This document shows positions 57,664 to 64,000 of a stretch of 64,000 nt of DNA, piece by piece. Source of the stretch: Candidatus Latescibacterota bacterium. GTDB taxonomy: Bacteria; Latescibacterota; UBA2968. Each line of letters starts with the position of its first letter. Position 1 is the stretch's first letter. The notes beneath the pieces were generated by a model, which saw only the letters and a list, made by a program, of their open reading frames with translations, was not told the origin of the DNA and ran no database searches. Location of the stretch: contig OZ244960.1 of the NCBI GenBank assembly GCA_965222605.1, positions 192,001 to 256,000 of the forward strand, written 5' to 3'. A program made the translations under genes and the position numbers.

Positions 57664-60600
57664 TCGACACATTGGTCAATGTCCTGGACCCGATTGCCAT
57701 CTTTCTCCTCGATGCGACTATCAAGACCACCCTATTTATGGGTCTTGTTCTACTTGCAGTGTGGCTCCTGGGTACGCGACAGGCAGCAAAGCGCAGTTTG
57801 TTTTTGAACTGGTGTCTTGTTTGCGTGCTGGTCATTCCCATCGCGTCTTTGTGTATGCCTTCCCTGCGATTTCAATTTGATGCGCCATCGCTTCCTTCAG
57901 AACCGGTTCTTCCGACTGCTCGACCTGTAGTTGCCCCCGAGAAACCTCTGGCAAAATCCACATCTGCATTGAAGCAACAAAGAGGATCTGATAGGGCGTT
58001 TTCAGAAAACCCAGAACTATCTCAAAACTTCGTATCTCCCCCGCCTGCACAAATTGTTTTCGCCAAAAATGCCTCGACAAAATCCATTGATTGGACGCCC
58101 TATATTCTATGTGGTGTAATGGCAGTCTATGCTATTGGCGTGTTGGTTTTGTTAATTCGCATAATCTATTGTCTGATAATGGTTTGTAAGTTTCGTCGAT
58201 CTCTATTGTCCTGTGAAGACGAACAGTTCCAAAATGATTTGCAGATGTTAAGAAAGCAACTGGGTATTCGGCGATCTGTTGCACTCGCCATCAGTGACAA
58301 AATCGGCAGCCCAACGCAAGTCGGACTCCTGAAGCCTGTAATCGTATTGCCCACGCTGATGGTCAAATCGCGCGACCAGTTGGAATCGATTTTGATTCAC
58401 GAACTCATTCATGTAAAACGATGGGATTGCTTGTATCGCTTGCTGGCAATGATCAGCATAGCGTTTTACTGGTTCAATCCCCTATTTCACCGCGTCAAAC
58501 ATCTGCTTTTTGAAGTGCAAGAACAAGCCTGTGATGATTGGACAGTGACTGCAACCGGAAATTCTGAAAGCTATGCGGATACGCTCCTGAATGTAGCAAC
58601 CCAACTACAACCTCGTCCTGCGATGGCATTGGGCATGGACATGGCGCGAACAACTCAGGTCATGGATCGGGTCAATCGCATTATCACTCTGGGCGGTCAT
58701 GTAACCCCGCGCGTTGGTCGCGTATCAGCACTTGTAATGGCAGTAGTATTTATCGGCGGGGCGACAGCCATTGGCAGCCTGACCACTGCACAGGTCGATC
58801 ACAATGATCAAAAACTTGTGTTCGAGGGCGGCATTGCCGTAATCGATACCAGTGACGTATCCCAGCGAGCACTTCCAATGAAAATGCGCGATGGCCGCCT
58901 GTGGTGGCGTGGAGAGAACGGCCTTTATTTGCAAGATGGAGATACATGGCAAAAATTCACATTGCCAGAAGATGGTTCATTTGCAAGCATCAGAGCCTTT
59001 ATACAAGCGCGCAATGGCTCGGTATGGTTTGCTGGTTCGTATAAGGGACGCCCGGTTATCGCAAACTTCAACGGCAAGACATGGCAAGTATGGGATTCAA
59101 AAACAACTGGCCTGGGAAAAATCACTGTTGGCTATAAGTTTGCCGAAGATGATGATGGCGGTATCTGGATTGCCCAGGGCCATGAAAAAAGTATCAGAGC
59201 ACGCGGGGGCAATGATCGCGTCAAAGGTGGAAACGGGGTCTTGCACTTTGATGGTAAAATCTGGCACAACTATACTGTAGAAGACGGGTTGATTCACAAC
59301 CGGGTTTACAATGTGGAAGCCGATCCCAAAGGCGGCGTGTGGGTCGCAACCTATCGCGGATTGAGCCATTACAAAGAGGGGAAATGGACCTCCCGCATTG
59401 TCGATAGTGTACCCGTAGAGGGCGTGCGTAATGGCAATATATACGAGGGTCGCAAGACCTATAAGCTATTTTATGACCAGGAAGGCACGCTTTGGACTAT
59501 ACATGGATCGACGGTTGGGTGCACCATAACGAGAAGTCGATCAACCCTATCGAGTTTTGATGGCAGAGCATGGACACACTATGATGCACATGTTGGATTG
59601 CCCATTCGCGCTTCTCGATATATCTGGCAAACAGAAAACGGCGATCTGTGGTTTGGTACAAAGCGAGATGACCAGGGGGATGTAGAGGCAAAAGGTCTGG
59701 TGCGTTATAAAGATGGGATGTGGTTGCGGTTGACACGCAAGCACGGCATTCCCGGCGATTTTGTATGGGGTTTTGTCGAAAAAGGCGATGGGTCTTTTTA
59801 TTTGGGTGTTTCCAGTATTATACCACCCAGAACGAGTCTATCAACGATATGGAAACTTTCTGGTACTGCATCGTATCGTCCCCCCACTGATCATCTGACA
59901 ACGATTTCTGGCAAGGTTACAGACCAGCGCGACAGCCAACCCGTAGTAAATATGGGAATATGGGTTGAATACGACGATGGCGAGGTGCATGCCGGAACCA
60001 GGACAGACGAAAATGGACACTATCGCGTCGAAGTGACCCCCGGAGTATATCGCGTGCGGATTGCGTCCAAGAATGCGGCTGAACCCGTGACTGTTGAGGC
60101 AAAACCCGAGGGTAAAATTGAAGAGGTCAATCTGCTCTTGCTCAACTCGCGCCGCATCTCTGGTCTCGTACGCGACAAGTTCGATAATCCGATTGCCAAC
60201 GCTGTTGTGGTGATTTCGGATGATTCTTCAAAAGATCGACGCCTATCTCCCCAGGTCGTGACCACAGATGCTAATGGGAAATTTGAAGGCTGGCAGGTCG
60301 CGGGACTACAGGCTACTTTTGACGTCGCCGCAGAAGGGTATGCGCCGTACCACTTAGATATGTCCTTTCGTGAGTTCTGGTTAGATGCGCTTGAGCGAGA
60401 AACCGGAGAACGGCCTCAAAACATTGAAAATCTGGACAATTTGCCCAATGTTCAAATCAGAATGTATATGGACAAGGGAATGACCTTACACGGTCGCGTT
60501 ATTGATGAATTGGGCAAACCCATTGCCTGGACACGCGTTGGCCTTGGGCCTCCACCAGATCCTAAAAAGAAAGTATATTCACTGCCCCCGTTGTCCTTTC

Positions 60601-61817
60601 AGCGCAATACTTATACGGATGCGTCGGGTTTGTTCACTCTGAATGATGTAGATGAGAAAAAAAGTCACGTCTGGGTGAATCACCCTGAAATTGGAATTGT
60701 GAGTCAAGAAGTTATGCCTGTCGATGGCGTAGTAGATATCCGGGTAGAGCGTCCGCGTTTGTATTCTGTTTCAGGCGTAGTGTCGCTAACTGGTGTTCCT
60801 GTAGAAAGACTGACAGTCAGTACCTTTGCCCTATTTATTGGAGCAGAATCGAGAATGAAAAGAGTCCTTACAGATGCGAATGGTGCGTATCGTCTGGAGG
60901 GTCTCGAGCCGGGTAAATATCGCATCAGGGTGAACGTACTTGACCGAGTAAAAAAAGATGGGCGGATGATCACATTGAACCGCACTATTCAATCTCGGAC
61001 GCTGGCGATTGAAAACCGCGATGTGACACTAAATTTTGCACCCCTGAGCGATGCGCGAATAACGGGTGTTGCCACTTACAACGGACAGCCTGTTTCAGAT
61101 GTTTATGTAGGTACCTATGTTTTAACCGATGATCTCAGGAACGTCGTCTCACTCAGGAGCACAAAAACAAACCAAAAAGGACAGTTTGAGGTCCGCGATC
61201 TACCTTCTGCACGGATTGCCCTTTCTTTTACCAAATGGGATCGTCCTTTTGGTAGTATGCTCTGGAGCAAGGTTGATACGATTGATCTGACAGGAAAGAA
61301 AGAATTAAATTATGTGGAAAATTTGGCTGTGCTGGCAGAACGGGATATGCAAAAGCACATGAACACGCACGGACTCGGGACGTTGCGCGTGTGGGATACG
61401 GCACCCGATTTTGAGGCAAAGCAGCTAGATGGGTCAACCTTCCGTCTCTCAGATTACCGGGGCAAAAAAGCCGTTTTGATCGATTTTTGGGCAACGTGGT
61501 GTGGTCCCTGTATTAAGGAAATTCCGACAATCAAAAGAATTGCCGAAACCTATCGTGGCCAGGGATTGGAAGTTGTGGGCGTGAGTTTGGATCGGGATGA
61601 GCAAGCACTGCGAGATTTTGTAAAAAAAGAAAAGTTGAGCTATGTGCAGGTATATGGTCAAGAAAAAGCACAGGAAATATCAAAATCCTACGGCGTATGG
61701 GGCATCCCATCGGTATTTCTGGTGGATAAAAATGGCTTCATCAATGCGCTAAATCTGCGAGGAGAACGCACGGAAGAGGCAGTGAAGGCGTTATTCACTG
61801 GTACTACAGATGGCTGA
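57660..61817 (+). CDS. BlaR1/M56 family metallopeptidase fused to beta-propeller, Ig-like repeats and a TlpA thioredoxin
   Basis: ATGA overlap with blaI; P.QVGLLKPVIVLP, HELIH zinc motif, WFNPL, EQACDD, YADTLL; C-terminal WCGPC. Confidence 0.9.
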   Translation: MIDTLVNVLDPIAIFLLDATIKTTLFMGLVLLAVWLLGTRQAAKRSLFLNWCLVCVLVIPIASLCMPSLRFQFDAPSLPSEPVLPTARPVVAPEKPLAKSTSALKQQRGSDRAFSENPELSQNFVSPPPAQIVFAKNASTKSIDWTPYILCGVMAVYAIGVLVLLIRIIYCLIMVCKFRRSLLSCEDEQFQNDLQMLRKQLGIRRSVALAISDKIGSPTQVGLLKPVIVLPTLMVKSRDQLESILIHELIHVKRWDCLYRLLAMISIAFYWFNPLFHRVKHLLFEVQEQACDDWTVTATGNSESYADTLLNVATQLQPRPAMALGMDMARTTQVMDRVNRIITLGGHVTPRVGRVSALVMAVVFIGGATAIGSLTTAQVDHNDQKLVFEGGIAVIDTSDVSQRALPMKMRDGRLWWRGENGLYLQDGDTWQKFTLPEDGSFASIRAFIQARNGSVWFAGSYKGRPVIANFNGKTWQVWDSKTTGLGKITVGYKFAEDDDGGIWIAQGHEKSIRARGGNDRVKGGNGVLHFDGKIWHNYTVEDGLIHNRVYNVEADPKGGVWVATYRGLSHYKEGKWTSRIVDSVPVEGVRNGNIYEGRKTYKLFYDQEGTLWTIHGSTVGCTITRSRSTLSSFDGRAWTHYDAHVGLPIRASRYIWQTENGDLWFGTKRDDQGDVEAKGLVRYKDGMWLRLTRKHGIPGDFVWGFVEKGDGSFYLGVSSIIPPRTSLSTIWKLSGTASYRPPTDHLTTISGKVTDQRDSQPVVNMGIWVEYDDGEVHAGTRTDENGHYRVEVTPGVYRVRIASKNAAEPVTVEAKPEGKIEEVNLLLLNSRRISGLVRDKFDNPIANAVVVISDDSSKDRRLSPQVVTTDANGKFEGWQVAGLQATFDVAAEGYAPYHLDMSFREFWLDALERETGERPQNIENLDNLPNVQIRMYMDKGMTLHGRVIDELGKPIAWTRVGLGPPPDPKKKVYSLPPLSFQRNTYTDASGLFTLNDVDEKKSHVWVNHPEIGIVSQEVMPVDGVVDIRVERPRLYSVSGVVSLTGVPVERLTVSTFALFIGAESRMKRVLTDANGAYRLEGLEPGKYRIRVNVLDRVKKDGRMITLNRTIQSRTLAIENRDVTLNFAPLSDARITGVATYNGQPVSDVYVGTYVLTDDLRNVVSLRSTKTNQKGQFEVRDLPSARIALSFTKWDRPFGSMLWSKVDTIDLTGKKELNYVENLAVLAERDMQKHMNTHGLGTLRVWDTAPDFEAKQLDGSTFRLSDYRGKKAVLIDFWATWCGPCIKEIPTIKRIAETYRGQGLEVVGVSLDRDEQALRDFVKKEKLSYVQVYGQEKAQEISKSYGVWGIPSVFLVDKNGFINALNLRGERTEEAVKALFTGTTDG

Positions 61818-61859
61818 TAACCTTTTTTATAGCATTGATGATCATTTGAAAGGAATACA

Positions 61860-64000
61860 ATGCGATTTAAAACTCATATCGGATTGATCGCGTTAGCTTG
61901 CTTTTTGGGTACTGGCTCGTCCAGAGGGGAAACCACAATAGACGCGCTGTTTCAGAATGCAATGGAGCAAGTTGATCAGGTGAGTCGTGCGGAAAGCATT
62001 GTGGCTTTGGAGGAGATTATTTCCAAAGATAGAGATTATGCACCTGCATACAACGAATTGGCCAAACTGCATCTGCTGGACTACAGCGTAAATGGGCGAC
62101 AGCGTGCAATGCGAATGATACAGCGTGCAATCGCAATAGACCCTGACAATATTGAGTATCGGCTGACACGCGGAAAGATTTGGTGGCATCAAGGCTTTCG
62201 GTCACGGGCATTGAACCAATTCAAGGATATGATCAAAAAGGATCCGCAAAATACCGCTGTCCTCAATGGACTGGGTATGTTCTGGGTGTATGATTTCCTG
62301 TCACAGAAGGATAGAAGGGCTGCACATCATTCAATGGACCTGGGGTCCAGTATAATAGATTTCAAGAAAATGGCAATGAGGCCCAAAATAAAAGATTTCA
62401 AAATCTTTGCCGAGGAAGCCAAACAAGAAGCACTCCAGGTCTTGCGAAAAAGCATCGAATTGGATGAGACCAACCAGCAACCCTATTATTTGTTGGGCAT
62501 CCTTTACTTTGAAGATAAATACTGGGATGCGTTCCATGCCTTGATGCAAGCCCTGCGCGCGCAATATCCAGATGACAAAAATGCACTATTATTCTGTGGG
62601 CTTGCTGCCTATCAGATTGGCGAGTTCAATAAATCGCATAACTATTATCAACGCGCTCTTGGCTTGATGAGTGTTGAAGAGCGCGAGTTGCTCGAATCAA
62701 TTGACCTGCTTGTGTCCCAGGAAGATCATGCATCCCGCGATATGACGCAGACGATTGATGCGCTCTTGGAACGCGAGATGTTTTGGAAGCGCCAGGATCC
62801 ACTTTATTTGTCTGATTTTAATGAAAGAAAGATGGCACACTTTGGTCGTATGGCATACTCAAATTTGCGATTCAGGAGATTTTTAGATGATGTTGAGGGC
62901 TGGCAGACGGATATGGGGAAGACTTATATCAAATTTGGAAGATATAGACGTCGTATGACAGCCTATAAAGCGACATGGGATTCTAAAAAAGTCTTCAACT
63001 CCGCAATGATGGAGTTCTGGTATTACGAAAATTTCCAGTTCAAATTTTGTGGTACTACGGATGATATCTGGCATTTTTGCGGCGGTGCTACGGTCAAGAC
63101 CCCAAGCGCGGTCCCTACAGTAGAAATCAGTGCCTTTACGTTTGAGCGGTTAGTATCATATGCTGATACTGCGGGAGTACGACCGTATTTTATGAGGAGA
63201 AAATCACCGTCTTCCTTTGTATCACCTATATTGACAGAAGCCTCGCATCACATATTTAAAAAAATAGCACAGCGATTTGTCGATCCGTATCTCAATCGAA
63301 AATACACCCTCCCCTATCAGATCGCCGCCTTTGAAGAACAAGACAGCATGCGGGTCGAACTCAGCTATATGATTCCAAAAGACCGATTAACAGAAAATCC
63401 TGAAACGAGCAAAGTGAGTTTTTGGGATGGCGTCTTCTTCTTTGATCAGCACTGGAATGATCTGTATAACGATCGCCAATCCAGGACCCTAACTTTGCCG
63501 TCGCAGAAGCCAGCACAAAACGCCGCTGCACGACATCGCAACGATCACCTGTTGATCTCGCGCACAGTATCTGTACGCCAGGGCAGCTATCATTTTTCAG
63601 TAGAATTGTTGGATCAAACATCTGGTCTAATTGGTGTGGCACGCGACGAGAAACCCTTCGTGTATGATCAGGAGACCTTCCATCTGAGTGATCTGTTGGT
63701 CGGCAGCGATATTCAAGCGCGCAATGCATTGATAGAAAGCCGTGACGATCTGCTCATCACACCCAATCCTGTTCGCACATTTTCACCATCTGAACCGGTC
63801 TTTATCTATTTGGAACTATATGATCTCAAGCGCAACGATTTTGGCAGCACACAGTATGAGATTTCCTACACCATCGGCAAGCCCGAAGTAGATACCCTGT
63901 CTCCCACCTTGTTTGCATCTCAAAGTCTGATTGAGACCATGGGAAAAACAGAGATTGATCTGCGGAGTGGACAAACAGATTATACAGACGCTCAGGGGTT
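61860..64000 (+). CDS. GWxTD domain protein with TPR repeats, paralogue 3 (runs off the window)
   Basis: Not in the ORF track. ATG 61860 after AAGGA; MRFKTHIGLIALACF..., GWQTDMG near 62900; colinear with paralogues 1 and 2. Confidence 0.88.
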   Translation, partial: MRFKTHIGLIALACFLGTGSSRGETTIDALFQNAMEQVDQVSRAESIVALEEIISKDRDYAPAYNELAKLHLLDYSVNGRQRAMRMIQRAIAIDPDNIEYRLTRGKIWWHQGFRSRALNQFKDMIKKDPQNTAVLNGLGMFWVYDFLSQKDRRAAHHSMDLGSSIIDFKKMAMRPKIKDFKIFAEEAKQEALQVLRKSIELDETNQQPYYLLGILYFEDKYWDAFHALMQALRAQYPDDKNALLFCGLAAYQIGEFNKSHNYYQRALGLMSVEERELLESIDLLVSQEDHASRDMTQTIDALLEREMFWKRQDPLYLSDFNERKMAHFGRMAYSNLRFRRFLDDVEGWQTDMGKTYIKFGRYRRRMTAYKATWDSKKVFNSAMMEFWYYENFQFKFCGTTDDIWHFCGGATVKTPSAVPTVEISAFTFERLVSYADTAGVRPYFMRRKSPSSFVSPILTEASHHIFKKIAQRFVDPYLNRKYTLPYQIAAFEEQDSMRVELSYMIPKDRLTENPETSKVSFWDGVFFFDQHWNDLYNDRQSRTLTLPSQKPAQNAAARHRNDHLLISRTVSVRQGSYHFSVELLDQTSGLIGVARDEKPFVYDQETFHLSDLLVGSDIQARNALIESRDDLLITPNPVRTFSPSEPVFIYLELYDLKRNDFGSTQYEISYTIGKPEVDTLSPTLFASQSLIETMGKTEIDLRSGQTDYTDAQG

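Noticed and set aside
57280-61817. Beta-lactam resistance locus
   Set aside because: The M56 protein has no penicillin-binding domain and no beta-lactamase or PBP gene is present.
52003-64000. Diversity-generating retroelement explaining GWxTD variation
   Set aside because: No reverse transcriptase or non-coding template repeat in the window; the differences include indels and are not evidently adenine-restricted.
1-64000. CRISPR array
   Set aside because: No regularly spaced 23-47 bp repeats with unique spacers were seen; the repeats are paralogous genes or short hairpins.

Overview
Bacterial chromosomal window of moderate GC content. The gene content (SprA, PorV-like barrel, bS22, DUF6785, GWxTD proteins) suggests an FCB-superphylum organism such as Latescibacterota or Gemmatimonadota; this is inference only. 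1-33 kb is mostly housekeeping and metabolic: aminotransferase, thiolase, HU, an unannotated 30-aa ribosomal protein bS22, tRNA-Arg(CCG), an sprA-comEA-pilM-like-NYN-obgE run, lptFG, a sulfatase, UPF0182, tandem AGCS symporters and SulP. It also contains a small two-gene module with a HEPN-like motif at 25 kb. 33-43 kb is a rearranged accessory zone with chimeric and fragment ORFs, a broken PemK/MazF toxin-antitoxin pair, a high-GC PL26/YetA-like gene and a solo TnpB. 48.6-64 kb is the most interesting part, a tandemly amplified BlaI/BlaR1(M56)-type locus. Its M56 protease carries a beta-propeller + Ig-like + TlpA-thioredoxin ectodomain, and a free-standing lipoprotein copy of that ectodomain lies upstream. 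Three mosaic GWxTD/TPR paralogues with hypervariable loops sit alongside. The first GWxTD gene has the same promoter, with the same pair of putative operators, as blaI. No CRISPR array, rRNA or reverse transcriptase was seen. All family assignments come from motif recognition, not database searches.
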